Under the pieces are notes generated by a model, which saw only the letters and a list, made by a program, of their open reading frames with translations, was not told where the DNA came from and ran no database searches. Source: an uncultured Mycoplasmatota bacterium (GTDB taxonomy: Bacteria > Bacillota_I > Bacilli_A > RF39 > UBA660). From it: 64,000 bases of DNA. This document shows, piece after piece, positions 9,866 through 20,610 of the stretch. The position numbers and the translations under genes are program-made. The stretch covers positions 1,607 through 65,606 of the forward strand of contig CAMMWS010000002.1 in the NCBI GenBank assembly GCA_946500695.1, in the 5' to 3' direction. Each line of letters opens with the position of its first letter. The stretch's first letter is position 1.

Positions 9866-10652
9866 AAAGCTTCTCCTCTCTATACAATTCATTTTTTCTT
9901 CGCACAAAGACAAAGTAAACTCCTACTATAAACAATACTACAGATACAAGTTGAGCCGCTTTAATAGGACCTAACATTAAACTATCAAGTCTCATACCTT
10001 CTATTATAAACCTAATAAAAGAATACCACATCATATAAAAACCCATAAGTTGCCCTGTTCTTAAATTCTTATAAAACTTTCTAATTAATAAAAGTATTAT
10101 AAAACCAATTACATTCCAAACTGATTCAAAGAAGAATGTTGGCATATAGTAATCTCCATTAATATACATACCTCTAATAATAAATTCCGGTATATATAAA
10201 CTTTTTAAATAACCATATGATGTAACATATCCATAAGCTTCACTATTAAAGAAATTACCCCATCTACCTATCGCTTGTCCAATAATAAGACCTACTACTA
10301 GTATATCTAAAAGTTTTAAAAGATTTAATTTATGCTTCTTACTATAATACCAAAGATATAAAAGTCCACCAAGTATTCCTCCATGAATAGCAAGTCCTCT
10401 ATGCCATATATAAAGTATTTCTATAGGATTAGACAAGTAATATGATAAATTAAATAAAACGTAATAAAGTCTCGCTCCTAAAAAAGCAAAGATAATTGTA
10501 CAGAAAAACATATCAAAGAGTTCATCTTTATTAACTTTTTCTTTTCTAAGCTCTAAAAAGACACAAACTCCACCTAGTATTACCCCTAAAAGAATAAAGA
10601 TAGAATAATAATATATTTTTATAAATCCTAAATCTAAAAACACTCTATCCAT
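9858..10652 (-). CDS. lgt: Prolipoprotein diacylglyceryl transferase
   Basis: Polytopic membrane protein with GLAIHGGILGG and GRWGNFFN Lgt signatures. Confidence 0.9.
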   Translation of the reverse strand: MDRVFLDLGFIKIYYYSIFILLGVILGGVCVFLELRKEKVNKDELFDMFFCTIIFAFLGARLYYVLFNLSYYLSNPIEILYIWHRGLAIHGGILGGLLYLWYYSKKHKLNLLKLLDILVVGLIIGQAIGRWGNFFNSEAYGYVTSYGYLKSLYIPEFIIRGMYINGDYYMPTFFFESVWNVIGFIILLLIRKFYKNLRTGQLMGFYMMWYSFIRFIIEGMRLDSLMLGPIKAAQLVSVVLFIVGVYFVFVRRKNELYREEKLYE

Positions 10653-11073
10653 GATATTTAACCTTTCTTATAATAGGTTTAATAACAAATTCTTCTATTA
10701 AAACATTCGCTACTGAAATTAATATTGATATAGCAAGAGCCACCCATATATCTAAAAGATTAAAATATTTGCCTAAAATCCAATCAGTTAATTTTAAAAT
10801 AAACAAATTTATAAACGGATAAAAAAGTCCAAGTGTTAAAGCCGTTACTGGTATTGTTAATCTAACAAGTACAGGCTTAACAGTTTGATTTAATATATAA
10901 ATTATAAATGATGCAAGTATCGAAAATAAAACAGGATGTGTTGGATCAATATAAAAAGATTTAAAAACTTTAGAAACTAAAAAGAAGACTAATGAATAAC
11001 TAGCAAAATACAAAAGCCATTCTAAAAATCTATTTAATCTGATTTTTTCTTTTGTTTTTACAATTATCTTCAT
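10645..11073 (-). CDS. Phage holin family IV / YvlD-like membrane protein
   Basis: 142 aa, four hydrophobic segments. Size and pattern typical of YvlD/DUF360 proteins. No other phage genes nearby. Confidence 0.5.
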   Translation of the reverse strand: MKIIVKTKEKIRLNRFLEWLLYFASYSLVFFLVSKVFKSFYIDPTHPVLFSILASFIIYILNQTVKPVLVRLTIPVTALTLGLFYPFINLFILKLTDWILGKYFNLLDIWVALAISILISVANVLIEEFVIKPIIRKVKYHG

Positions 11074-11089
11074 AGTCTCCTCCTATAAT

Positions 11090-13897
11090 TTATAACATCT
11101 TCTTTAAGAACTGTCCTGTATAAGATTCTTTAACTTTACTTACTTCTTCTGGAGTACCAGTAGTAACTATACTACCACCACCATCTCCTCCTTCAGGACC
11201 TAAATCTATAATGTAATCAGCACATTTTATAACATCTAGGTTATGCTCTATAACAAGCACTGTATCTTTATTATCGACTATTTTCTGTAAAATTGCAAGT
11301 AGCTTCTTAATATCTGCAGAATGTAATCCTGTAGTTGGTTCATCTAAAACAAATAAGGTTTTACCAGTCGCTTTCTTTTGTAACTCTTTAGCAAGTTTAA
11401 CACGTTCTGCTTCTCCTCCAGAAAGTGTTGGAGCACTTTGTCCTAATTTTATGTAACCAAGTCCTACATCTTCAAGTACTTGAAGTTTATTTTTAATCTT
11501 AGGAACATTACTAAAGAACTCTAAAGCTTCACTAACTCGCATATCTAAGACATCTGCAATGTTCTTCTCTTTATAGTAAATGTTTAAAGTCTCTCTATTA
11601 TACCTCGTACCATGACAAACTTCACAAGGGACATAAACATCAGGTAAGAAATGCATCTCTATTTTCTTAACCCCATCACCTCTACAAGCTTCACATCTAC
11701 CACCTTTTACATTAAAAGAAAATCTATTCTTCTCAAAACCATACATTTTCGCTTCTTTAGTATTAGTAAACAACTCTCTAATATCATCAAATACTCCTGT
11801 ATAAGTAGCAGGATTACTTCTAGGAGTTCTACCAATAGGTGATTGTGATATATCAACAAGCTTATCAATATTATCAAGACCAAGTATCTTCTTATGTTTA
11901 CCGGGCTTAGTTTTAGATTTATATAAAGTATTAGATGCAGCTTTTACAAGTATCTCATTAATCAAACTACTCTTACCACTACCACTTACACCTGTAACAC
12001 AAGTAAATGTTCCAAGAGGAATTTTAACATCAATATTTTTTAAATTATTCTCTTCTGCTCCTTTAATAGTTATATATTTACCAATACCTTTTCTTCTAGT
12101 TTTTGGTACTTCAATACATTCTTTTCCGCTTAAATAACGCCCTGTAACACTATTATCATTAGCCATAACTTCACTAGGTGTACCAGCTGCCACAATTCTA
12201 CCGCCTCTATCTCCAGCCTCTGGACCAACATCTACTAAATAATCCGCAGCAAGCATAGTATCAGTATCGTGTTCTACAACTATTAAAGTATTACCCAAAT
12301 CTCTCATCTCAAGCAAAGAATTAATAAGTCTATCATTATCTCTTTGATGAAGTCCTATACTAGGTTCATCTAATACATATAAAACACCAGTTAAACGAGA
12401 ACCAATCTGAGTAGCAAGTCTAATACGTTGTGCCTCTCCACCACTTAATGTACCAGCACTTCTTGCAAGAGTTAAATATTCAAGACCAACATTCTTTAAA
12501 AACGATAAACGTGATTTAATTTCTTTTAATATAAGGTCTGCAATCTGCATTTTCTCTTCACTAAGCTTTAATTTATCAAAGAAATTAATTAATTCTTTAA
12601 TACTCATACAAGTAACTTCATAAATATTTTTCTTACCTACTTTAACAGATAAAACTTCATCTGCAAGCCTTGCCCCTCCACAAACTTCACAAGTTTGTTC
12701 AATCATAAACTTCTCTAACCATTCTCTAATCCAACCACTAGATGTTTCCATATAACGACGTTCTAGATTATTAATAATTCCTTCATAGTAATCAGTTTGA
12801 TTAGTAATATTACCACTTTTAGATTTATAGTTAAAATGAATTAACTCATCACTTCCATAAAGAATTAAATCTTGCTCTCTTTCTGTTAATTTTTTAAAAG
12901 GCTTACTAGTACTAATCTTATAGTGTTTGCACATACATTCAAGTCTTTTATAGTAAATATTATCAGTATCATCACCAAGTGTAACAATCGCTCCATCTTT
13001 TAATGATTTATTCTTATCAGGAATAACTAAATCAGGATCTATCTTTAATTTAATACCAAGCCCTTTACACTCAGGACACGCTCCATAAGGTGCATTAAAA
13101 CTAAATAAACGTGGTTCAAGTTCAGGTAATGAGAAGTCACAATATGGACAAGCAAAATCTTCTGAGTAAACTACTTCTTTATCGCCAAGGAAATCTACTA
13201 CTACTTTACCTTTACTAAGTTTAGTAGCAACTTCCAAAGATTCAAATAGTCTACTTCTAATACCATCTTTTAAAACAATTCTATCAACTATTACTTCAAT
13301 ATTAGACTTTTTATTTTTCTCTAAATTAATCTCTTCTGTTAAATCGTGCATCGCTCCATTTACTCTAACTCTAACAAAACCTTGTTTTCTTAAATCATCA
13401 AGTAAATCTTTATGAGTACCTTTCTCCCCATGAACAACAGGAGCCATAATAACAAGCCTAGTTCCTTCTTCACGTTCTAATATTTTATTAGTCATCTCTT
13501 CAATACTTTGACTAGTTATCGGAATATTATGATTAGGGCAATATGGAACTCCAACTCTTGCAAATAAAAGACGTAAGTAATCATATATCTCTGTAACAGT
13601 ACCAACAGTACTACGAGGATTCTTACTAGTAGTCTTTTGATCAATACTAATCGCAGGACTAAGACCTTCTATAGAATCTACATCAGGCTTTTCAGTACCA
13701 CCAAGAAACTGTCTAGCATAAGCAGATAAACTCTCCACATATCTTCTTTGACCTTCAGCATAAATTGTATCAAAAGCAAGTGATGATTTACCACTACCAC
13801 TAACCCCTGTCATTACAATTAATTTATTCTTAGGTAATTCTATTGAAACATTCTTTAAATTATTTTCTCTAGCACCTTTAACTATTATTTTATCCAC
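11090..13897 (-). CDS. uvrA: Excinuclease ABC subunit A
   Basis: 935 aa with two ABC ATPase modules ([14 protein letters not shown]... and [13 protein letters not shown]), zinc-finger CxxC pairs and LSGGE signatures. GTG start at 13895-13897. Confidence 0.97.
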   Translation of the reverse strand: MDKIIVKGARENNLKNVSIELPKNKLIVMTGVSGSGKSSLAFDTIYAEGQRRYVESLSAYARQFLGGTEKPDVDSIEGLSPAISIDQKTTSKNPRSTVGTVTEIYDYLRLLFARVGVPYCPNHNIPITSQSIEEMTNKILEREEGTRLVIMAPVVHGEKGTHKDLLDDLRKQGFVRVRVNGAMHDLTEEINLEKNKKSNIEVIVDRIVLKDGIRSRLFESLEVATKLSKGKVVVDFLGDKEVVYSEDFACPYCDFSLPELEPRLFSFNAPYGACPECKGLGIKLKIDPDLVIPDKNKSLKDGAIVTLGDDTDNIYYKRLECMCKHYKISTSKPFKKLTEREQDLILYGSDELIHFNYKSKSGNITNQTDYYEGIINNLERRYMETSSGWIREWLEKFMIEQTCEVCGGARLADEVLSVKVGKKNIYEVTCMSIKELINFFDKLKLSEEKMQIADLILKEIKSRLSFLKNVGLEYLTLARSAGTLSGGEAQRIRLATQIGSRLTGVLYVLDEPSIGLHQRDNDRLINSLLEMRDLGNTLIVVEHDTDTMLAADYLVDVGPEAGDRGGRIVAAGTPSEVMANDNSVTGRYLSGKECIEVPKTRRKGIGKYITIKGAEENNLKNIDVKIPLGTFTCVTGVSGSGKSSLINEILVKAASNTLYKSKTKPGKHKKILGLDNIDKLVDISQSPIGRTPRSNPATYTGVFDDIRELFTNTKEAKMYGFEKNRFSFNVKGGRCEACRGDGVKKIEMHFLPDVYVPCEVCHGTRYNRETLNIYYKEKNIADVLDMRVSEALEFFSNVPKIKNKLQVLEDVGLGYIKLGQSAPTLSGGEAERVKLAKELQKKATGKTLFVLDEPTTGLHSADIKKLLAILQKIVDNKDTVLVIEHNLDVIKCADYIIDLGPEGGDGGGSIVTTGTPEEVSKVKESYTGQFLKKML

Positions 13898-14011
13898 TGT
13901 ATACCACTTCCTTAAAACGCTTATTATTATAATACAAAATAGTACTTTTTTCTACTACCAAAATATACCATAAGCAGCATCTTAAGTCAAACAAATTTTC
14001 TATAAATAAAC

Positions 14012-14049
14012 AATTAAAAAAGTATAGACCTTGAATTAATCTATACTTT
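14012..14049 (-). terminator. Rho-independent terminator after the 14056-15018 gene
   Basis: Minus strand: AAAGTATAGA (14049-14040), loop, TCTATACTTT (14028-14019), followed by further T residues. Confidence 0.8.
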
Positions 14050-14055
14050 ACTAAA

Positions 14056-15018
14056 TTATCCAAAAATTTTATCTTCTAAATCAGAATATCTATCATACCC
14101 AGTTTCTAATTCATAACCATATATAGTTTTTATATCTTTCTCAAATCCCGTTTTAGAATAAGCAAGCCCAACCCAGTCTCTATAATTACAACAATGTAAT
14201 ATATCGTTTTCATCATCATATCTAATCGTTTCAACATCACTCTCATCAATAGGATACAATTCAGTTCCATCACTTTCAACTATTCCAGTAGAATAAACAA
14301 CATCATTCATTTTTTCACTAAAATGAGAATTATTGGACTCTGCAATAAAGCAATTATCATGTACAATTTCGTTATTTCTATTAGTTATAGGCTTTATAGA
14401 ATGATATTTAAAATCAACTAATATATCACCATAAGGATCTACCATTCCCATCATACCAGTTGGATCTTTTAGTATCATATTACCATTAGGAAGTAATCCC
14501 GTATTAGCATAATAAGAATTTTTAAAAGTTGAACTTTCTGGAACTTCAATACCAGCAGCAGCTGCTAACTCTTGACTTATTCTATCAGCTTCTAACTCCT
14601 CACTTGTCTTAGGAGTTGCAATATACTCTTGAGAAAAATAATATTTATCTCCATTTAAAATAACATGTTGTCTTGGAATAGCAAAACCTTTTAGTCTTTC
14701 AGCTTCAACATCTTGTTCAGTATATATTTCTAACTTTTTCCTTTCATTTGGCTCATCTAAATTAGAAGAAGAATTCAACACATCTGTATCTTCCTTTTCT
14801 TCTTTATCCATATTCTTCAAAATCTCTAATATTTCTTTAAGTTCTTGTCTACGAGACTCTAGGTCATGTTGACTAAATGAAGTATCATAACTATTACTCC
14901 TACTTGAAGACCTATGCATCTCATTGGCTTCATTCTCTCTTACCCACTGCATATCAATAGCTCTACCTTTTCTTCTAGCCCTTTGTTCTAAAGTAGAACC
15001 CATTTTCTCTAACTTCAT
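14056..15018 (-). CDS. Hypothetical protein; charged N-terminal half, C-terminal WG/KWG-repeat-like beta region
   Basis: 320 aa. Segments such as GMMGMVDPYGDILVDFKYHSIKP and STGIVESDGTELYPID resemble WG-containing repeats. No confident family call. Confidence 0.35.
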   Translation of the reverse strand: MKLEKMGSTLEQRARRKGRAIDMQWVRENEANEMHRSSSRSNSYDTSFSQHDLESRRQELKEILEILKNMDKEEKEDTDVLNSSSNLDEPNERKKLEIYTEQDVEAERLKGFAIPRQHVILNGDKYYFSQEYIATPKTSEELEADRISQELAAAAGIEVPESSTFKNSYYANTGLLPNGNMILKDPTGMMGMVDPYGDILVDFKYHSIKPITNRNNEIVHDNCFIAESNNSHFSEKMNDVVYSTGIVESDGTELYPIDESDVETIRYDDENDILHCCNYRDWVGLAYSKTGFEKDIKTIYGYELETGYDRYSDLEDKIFG

Positions 15019-15037
15019 AAACTCCTCCTTAAATTTC

Positions 15038-15730
15038 CTACTTAGCCCCTAATAAGAAAGCAATTATAGGAATAAGAAGACTACTAGCAAGTACAACAAA
15101 AGCTAAAGCATAATTAGTAACAAAAGCTGCTATATCATTATCTTTCTTCTTTGGAATTGATGGAAAATCCACAACATTATTATCATCATTACCATAATGA
15201 CCAGTACTTTTAACATAACTTCTACCTCTACTTGACCCACCATCTTCTTCAAGACTCTTAGTAAGCTTAGTTATTTCTTGTTTATTTTTAATCTCTAAAT
15301 ATTCACTCAAATAATGATGCCCACCATTAACTAATATCATCTGATAATAATTAACTAAAGCATCAGGAATAAATATTTTAAACTGCGAAAAGTTTTGTTT
15401 TAAAAAATCAGGCCTTAAATAATTTAAAGTCTCAGATAAAAGTCCAACTTCTAAAAAAGCTAAATTATAAATATTATTATTAACTTTATTAGTCCTATCA
15501 TCATCTATTACATCTATACTGTTAAAATTAACTAAATTACATGTTCCATCATTAAGGCCAACAATTATATTTTTAGGATTGAAGTTAATAATATAATACC
15601 CATTATCATGAAGATATTTCATCGTAGAATCCATCACATAAAAAAGACGTGTATACTCATCATTATTATGATAAGACTTAGTATAATCATCTAAAGTCTC
15701 TTGGAAAGGCATACTAACTATATCTCCCAT
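15038..15730 (-). CDS. Tail-anchored membrane protein with a degenerate protein-kinase-like domain (pseudokinase-like)
   Basis: YLHDNGYYIINFNPKNIIV...NLVNFNS aligns by eye to the kinase HRDLKPENIL...DFG region, with the catalytic Asp positions read as Asn. Single C-terminal TM (AAFVTNYALAFVVLASSLLIPIIAFLLG). Confidence 0.4.
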   Translation of the reverse strand: MGDIVSMPFQETLDDYTKSYHNNDEYTRLFYVMDSTMKYLHDNGYYIINFNPKNIIVGLNDGTCNLVNFNSIDVIDDDRTNKVNNNIYNLAFLEVGLLSETLNYLRPDFLKQNFSQFKIFIPDALVNYYQMILVNGGHHYLSEYLEIKNKQEITKLTKSLEEDGGSSRGRSYVKSTGHYGNDDNNVVDFPSIPKKKDNDIAAFVTNYALAFVVLASSLLIPIIAFLLGAK

Positions 15731-15813
15731 TACATCACCGCCTTAATCTTTCTACTCTTCTCTATTATCTTACTTATAATAATTTTATAGCATTTTAGAA
15801 TTATTTACAAGTA

Positions 15814-16389
15814 TTATATTGGACTAACATAAGATAAATGCTCCCTCATCATTTTTATAGTTCTATTAATTTTAGAAGAACTAACATCTAAAAGTTCCAT
15901 TATTTCACTATACTTAAAATCATTTAATCTCAGTTCTATAATAGCAGAATCTATAAGACTAACACTATATAAATAATCATTCAATTCATTATAAATATCT
16001 AAATTATCTACATAATCATAAGGATCAATGCCTTTAGAATCTTTAACTTCATATTCTAATTCTTGATATTTTAAAAGTGGTCTATTTTTTATAGTAAATA
16101 TTTTTCTAAGCATAAGATTAAAACTAGAAGTTAAACATACTAAAAGAAAGGAATAAAATAAACTTCCTTTATTAGAATCAAAACTTTTAATAGCATGATT
16201 TAAAGTGATTAAACCTTCTTCCAAAAAATCATCTAAAGTTAAGCCTTCATAATTATTATTTCTTAAATAAGTATAATATTCTAAAGCCTTATTATAAATA
16301 ACAGGTTTATATTTATTAATCATAATATTATAGGCAACTTCATCATTATCATCAATTAAATCTAAAAGTTCATAATCATTATATTTCAT
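15814..16389 (-). CDS. sigH: Sigma-70 family sigma factor, SigH-like by architecture and synteny
   Basis: 191 aa with region 2 (YKPVIYNKALEYY...EEGLITLNHAIKSFD...SFYSFLLVC) and a region 4 HTH (YSEIMELLDVSSSKINRTIKMMREHL). Lies after cysS-mrnC-rlmB as sigH does in Bacillus. Confidence 0.6.
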   Translation of the reverse strand: MKYNDYELLDLIDDNDEVAYNIMINKYKPVIYNKALEYYTYLRNNNYEGLTLDDFLEEGLITLNHAIKSFDSNKGSLFYSFLLVCLTSSFNLMLRKIFTIKNRPLLKYQELEYEVKDSKGIDPYDYVDNLDIYNELNDYLYSVSLIDSAIIELRLNDFKYSEIMELLDVSSSKINRTIKMMREHLSYVSPI

Positions 16390-16394
16390 ATCTC

Positions 16395-17105
16395 CTACTT
16401 TCTATTTCGGACTATCTCATAAATTAAAATTCCCGCTGCTACAGAAGCATTCAAACTATCGATTTTTGAACTTATAGGAATACTAACTAAAAAATCGCAA
16501 TTTTCTTTAACTAATTTACTAATACCTTTCTCTTCATTACCAATAATAAGACAAACATTACCACTATAATCTACTTTAGTATAATCTTCTCCATCCATCA
16601 CTGTCCCATATACCCAAAAGCCATTATCTTTTAAAGTCTTTATAGCAGTATTAATATTATTAACTAATATTATATCAATATCAAAAACAGCACCTACACT
16701 AGTTTTAACAACTGTAGAATTAACAATCACTTGCCTATCACTAGGAATAATAATAGCATCAACAGAAGCAGCGACAGCTGTTCTAATAATCGCTCCAAAA
16801 TTATGAGGATCAAGAATATGATCTAATATAAGAACTGTCTTATTATCTCCATCTTTTGTTAAAAATTTAGAAAAAGGAGTATATTGATAGTCCTCCATAT
16901 CAATGATTATACCTTGATGCACACCTTTTGCCAAATTATCAAGTTCGTGATTTCGTTTAATTTTTATTTTAGATTTTAAAAATTCACTAAATAAATCTCC
17001 ATTTTTTTTCAAAAACACTTCATCTGTATAAATAGTTTTCACAAATTTAGACAAATTTTCATCTTTTAAAATTCTTTCAGAAACATTTTTTCCATATACT
17101 AGCAT
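16395..17105 (-). CDS. rlmB: TrmH/SpoU-family 23S rRNA 2'-O-methyltransferase (RlmB/YacO-like)
   Basis: LDHILDPHNFGAIIRTA, LIIGNEEKGIS and SLNASVAAGILIYE SpoU motifs; synteny with mrnC. Confidence 0.85.
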   Translation of the reverse strand: MLVYGKNVSERILKDENLSKFVKTIYTDEVFLKKNGDLFSEFLKSKIKIKRNHELDNLAKGVHQGIIIDMEDYQYTPFSKFLTKDGDNKTVLILDHILDPHNFGAIIRTAVAASVDAIIIPSDRQVIVNSTVVKTSVGAVFDIDIILVNNINTAIKTLKDNGFWVYGTVMDGEDYTKVDYSGNVCLIIGNEEKGISKLVKENCDFLVSIPISSKIDSLNASVAAGILIYEIVRNRK

Positions 17106-17118
17106 TTCTTACACCACC

Positions 17119-18033
17119 TCATTTTAAGAAGTCTTCTTCTACTTCAAACTTATCATTATTAATTTTTATATCAATACCAATAGGTATAACGCTATTAACT
17201 ATCTTATGACCAAAACTATTACATTTAATTATTGGAAAATTATATTCCTTAGTATAATCAAGTAAAATATCTTCCATCTGTGGATAAATATCACCATTTT
17301 TTTGCAAATCATAATTATAACCTATTACAATACCATTTATCTTATCAAATATACCATACTGTTTCAAATGAGCAAATCTTCTTTGACATTCATTAGGTGA
17401 AGTATGATAACTTTCAATAAATAAAATATTATTATCAACACTTGACATATAAGGAGTACCTAATAAATACATCATAGTAGCCAAGTTTGTCCCAATTATC
17501 TTTCCCACTGTTTTACCATTTCTCACTACTTTTTTATTTTCTACAAGAAATTTAGTTAATTTCTTATTTACAAAAGCATCTTCAAAAACTTTATATTGTT
17601 CTTCTGCGTATTCTAAACCAAACTCATAAAAATCAGGTCCACTAAATGTTATAAGGCCAGTTTTGTTATATATAGTTTGCAACAAAACTGTTACGTCACT
17701 ATATCCAACTAATATTTTAGGATGTTTTTTTATCACTTCATAATCAAGCATATCTATAAAAGTATTGCACGTCTGTCCTCCTGTCAAACATACAATAGCT
17801 TTTACTTCATCATCTAAAAACATATTCATTAAGTCTTCACATCTTTGAAATCTAGTTCCACAAGAACCATAATAATCTTCAAAAAGATATTTGCCTCTTT
17901 TAATCTTAAAACCTTTACTAATAAGAAAAGCCTCTGCTTTATAAAAAGCTTCTTCTATCCCATCAACTACCATACTATCAGAAACACCTACTACACCTAT
18001 TGTATCTCCATAATTTAGTTTATCTGCTAACAT
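17119..18033 (-). CDS. LD-carboxypeptidase (peptidase S66, MccF/LdcA-like)
   Basis: VGYSDVTVLL nucleophile motif, overall S66 layout, C-terminal FGH. Confidence 0.75.
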   Translation of the reverse strand: MLADKLNYGDTIGVVGVSDSMVVDGIEEAFYKAEAFLISKGFKIKRGKYLFEDYYGSCGTRFQRCEDLMNMFLDDEVKAIVCLTGGQTCNTFIDMLDYEVIKKHPKILVGYSDVTVLLQTIYNKTGLITFSGPDFYEFGLEYAEEQYKVFEDAFVNKKLTKFLVENKKVVRNGKTVGKIIGTNLATMMYLLGTPYMSSVDNNILFIESYHTSPNECQRRFAHLKQYGIFDKINGIVIGYNYDLQKNGDIYPQMEDILLDYTKEYNFPIIKCNSFGHKIVNSVIPIGIDIKINNDKFEVEEDFLK

Positions 18034-18413
18034 AATTCCTCCGTAATAAGTTTCATAATTTCATCTATTCTATTTTCTTTATTATCAAGTTTTAAATAAC
18101 CAATTAAAGCTTCAATAGCAGTTGCCTTTTTATATTCTATTACACTACATCCTTTAGGATTAGGATGACTCTTAGCATTTCTAGCTCTTTTAACTACATC
18201 AATTTCTTCATCATTAAGAAAAGATAATTCCAACATCTTATCTAAAAAATATGCTTGTCTTCTTGCACTAACATAATTAATAGCTTCTTTTTGTAAATCA
18301 TTTACTTTATTAATACCTTTATTTATTAAATACATTCTAATATATTCTTCATAAACTGCATCACCAAGATAAGCAAATACTAAAGAATTAACACATCTAA
18401 TATCCATAAACAC
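18027..18413 (-). CDS. mrnC: Mini-ribonuclease III
   Basis: LVFAYLGDAVYE RNase III-like signature, 128 aa, downstream of cysS. Confidence 0.9.
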   Translation of the reverse strand: MFMDIRCVNSLVFAYLGDAVYEEYIRMYLINKGINKVNDLQKEAINYVSARRQAYFLDKMLELSFLNDEEIDVVKRARNAKSHPNPKGCSVIEYKKATAIEALIGYLKLDNKENRIDEIMKLITEELC

Positions 18414-18440
18414 ACTCCTAAAGAAAAAAGACTAAAAAGT

Positions 18441-19133
18441 CTAATCTCTATCATTACCCATAACTACTAATACAAGTCTAAGTAATTCTAAAAGTGTAGA
18501 AATCAAAGATGCTACATAAGTCATAGCCGCCGCCATCAACATAGAACTTGCCATAGACCTTTCACTTTGATCTACTACTTTTAACTTACTAAGAAAGATT
18601 TTTCCTCGCTTAGAAGCATTAAACTCTACTGGTAAAGTAATAAGTTGAAACAAAAGAATTGCTACTAACAAAAATATACCTACCCAAGCAAGATTCATAG
18701 CCCCAAAAATAAGACCAATTAAAACTGCTAAATAACCAAATTTAGAACTAAAATTAACAATAGGAACTAAGAAAGATCTAAATCTTAAGAAAAAGTATCC
18801 TTCTTTATCTTGAACAGCATGCCCACACTCATGAGCGGCTACACTAACACTAGCAATAGAGTCCCCATTATATATATCTGTAGAAAGTCTAACGACCTTA
18901 GCTCTTGGATCATAATGGTCAGTTAAATATCCTCTAGTTTCTACAACATAAATATTATCTAGTCCATTACTTTTTAATATTTCACGAGCAACTTCTGCTC
19001 CTGTCATTCCACTTTTAACTTTAACTTTTTTATATTTACTATATCTTGTTCTCAAATAAATATCAGCAACAAGAGTTATAAGAAAAGCAATTATAACAAG
19101 AGTATATCCAAAATACATATAATTAAATATCAT
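18441..19133 (-). CDS. Membrane zinc metallopeptidase (YugP-like, Zn_peptidase_2)
   Basis: N-terminal TM, HECGHAVQD zinc motif, C-terminal TMs. Confidence 0.8.
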   Translation of the reverse strand: MIFNYMYFGYTLVIIAFLITLVADIYLRTRYSKYKKVKVKSGMTGAEVAREILKSNGLDNIYVVETRGYLTDHYDPRAKVVRLSTDIYNGDSIASVSVAAHECGHAVQDKEGYFFLRFRSFLVPIVNFSSKFGYLAVLIGLIFGAMNLAWVGIFLLVAILLFQLITLPVEFNASKRGKIFLSKLKVVDQSERSMASSMLMAAAMTYVASLISTLLELLRLVLVVMGNDRD

Positions 19134-19141
19134 AAAACCTC

Positions 19142-20524
19142 CTATATTCTCTCTATAGTAGTACCATTTCTACCATCTATTAATTTAATACCTTTACTTT
19201 CTAAATAATCCCGAATTCTATCCGCTTCAGCATAATCTTTATTTTGCTTAGCAACATTCCTTTTTTCTATTAATTTTTTTATCTCATCATCAATATCTAT
19301 TATATCATCTTTTAACAAATCTAAACTCAAAACTTTATCAAATTCCATAACTAACTGTTTCTTAGTCTTATCACTAGTATCAAGTTTTAATACTTCATAA
19401 AGAACTGTTAAAGCCATCGCTGTATTCATATCATCGGATAAAGCATCTTTAAATTTATCTAAATATGTTTTAAATACATCATCATCAAGTTTCCCTTCAT
19501 CTTTAAGTAAAGATACTCTATTTTTAAGTTTCTTATAAGCATTCTCTGCTTGTTCTAAAGCCTCATAAGTAAATAATAAAGGCTTACGATAATGAGACTC
19601 TAAACACATATAACGATAGCTTAAAGGATTAAAGTCCTTTTCTTCTAAAGTACTAACAGTAAGTATATCTCCTTTGGATTTACTCATCTTACCACTTTTA
19701 TCATTTAAATGTTCTCCATGTACCCAATAATTACACCATTTATGACCTAAATAAGCTTCACTCTGAGCGATTTCATTAGTATGATGAGGAAAGATATTAT
19801 CAACTCCTCCACAGTGAATATCAAGATGTTCTCCTAAGTTTTTAATAGCAATACAAGAACACTCTATATGCCAACCAGGATAACCCACACCAAAAGGACT
19901 ATCCCATTTTAACTCTTGAGAATCAAACTTAGATTTAGTAAACCATAAAACAAAGTCAGCTTGATTTTTCTTATTACTATCAAACTCTACCCCTTCACGT
20001 ACCCCAACTACCATATCATCAATTTTATGATTAGTTAGAATATAATAATCGCTAAGTTTAGAAGTATCAAAATAAACATTACCACCAGCTTTATAAGCAT
20101 AACCTTCATCAAGTAGTTTTTCTATCATCTTTATATAAGAATCTATATTACTAGTAGCAGGACTAACAATACTAGGCCACTTAATATTAAGTTTCTCTGT
20201 ATCTTTTTTAAACTCATCAGTGTAAAACCTAGCAATATCTAATACTGATTTATGTTCTTTTTTCGCACTTTTAAGCATTTTATCTTCACCACTATCAGAA
20301 TCACTTGACAAATGTCCAACATCAGTAATATTCATACAACGTTTAACATTATAACCTAACATATTTAAAGTTTTCTCTAATATATCTTCCATTATATAAG
20401 TCCTTAAATTACCAATATGAGCATAATGATAAACAGTAGGACCACAAGTATACATCTTAACTTCATTCTTATCTATTGGTACGAACTCTTCTACACTTCT
20501 TGTAAGAGTATTATATAACTTCAT
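19142..20524 (-). CDS. cysS: Cysteinyl-tRNA synthetase
   Basis: Class I HIGN (YHYAHIGNLRTY) and KMSKS motifs. Start moved to ATG 20522-20524 (MKLYNTLTR), 6 nt after GAGGTG. Confidence 0.96.
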   Translation of the reverse strand: MKLYNTLTRSVEEFVPIDKNEVKMYTCGPTVYHYAHIGNLRTYIMEDILEKTLNMLGYNVKRCMNITDVGHLSSDSDSGEDKMLKSAKKEHKSVLDIARFYTDEFKKDTEKLNIKWPSIVSPATSNIDSYIKMIEKLLDEGYAYKAGGNVYFDTSKLSDYYILTNHKIDDMVVGVREGVEFDSNKKNQADFVLWFTKSKFDSQELKWDSPFGVGYPGWHIECSCIAIKNLGEHLDIHCGGVDNIFPHHTNEIAQSEAYLGHKWCNYWVHGEHLNDKSGKMSKSKGDILTVSTLEEKDFNPLSYRYMCLESHYRKPLLFTYEALEQAENAYKKLKNRVSLLKDEGKLDDDVFKTYLDKFKDALSDDMNTAMALTVLYEVLKLDTSDKTKKQLVMEFDKVLSLDLLKDDIIDIDDEIKKLIEKRNVAKQNKDYAEADRIRDYLESKGIKLIDGRNGTTIERI

Positions 20525-20569
20525 AAAAAGCACCTCTTTCTAATTGTCTATATTATATCATTAAAAGAT

Positions 20570-20604
20570 GTAAAAGAAAATAAGAGACCAGATAATAATC
20601 TCTT
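20570..20604 (-). terminator. Rho-independent terminator upstream of cysS
   Basis: Minus strand: AAGAGA (20604-20599), 11-nt loop, TCTCTT (20587-20582), then ATTTTCTTTT. Confidence 0.6.
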
Positions 20605-20610
20605 ACTATA

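Noticed and set aside
10645-11073. Prophage remnant suggested by a holin-family gene
   Set aside because: YvlD/holin-IV-like proteins are common chromosomal membrane proteins. The gene is wedged between uvrA and lgt with overlapping or short junctions. No lysin, capsid, tail, integrase or att-like repeats are nearby.
13898-14055. Possible small RNA or riboswitch in the uvrA upstream gap
   Set aside because: Only a clear terminator hairpin for the upstream gene plus AT-rich promoter-like sequence was seen. There is no conserved riboswitch core that I recognise.
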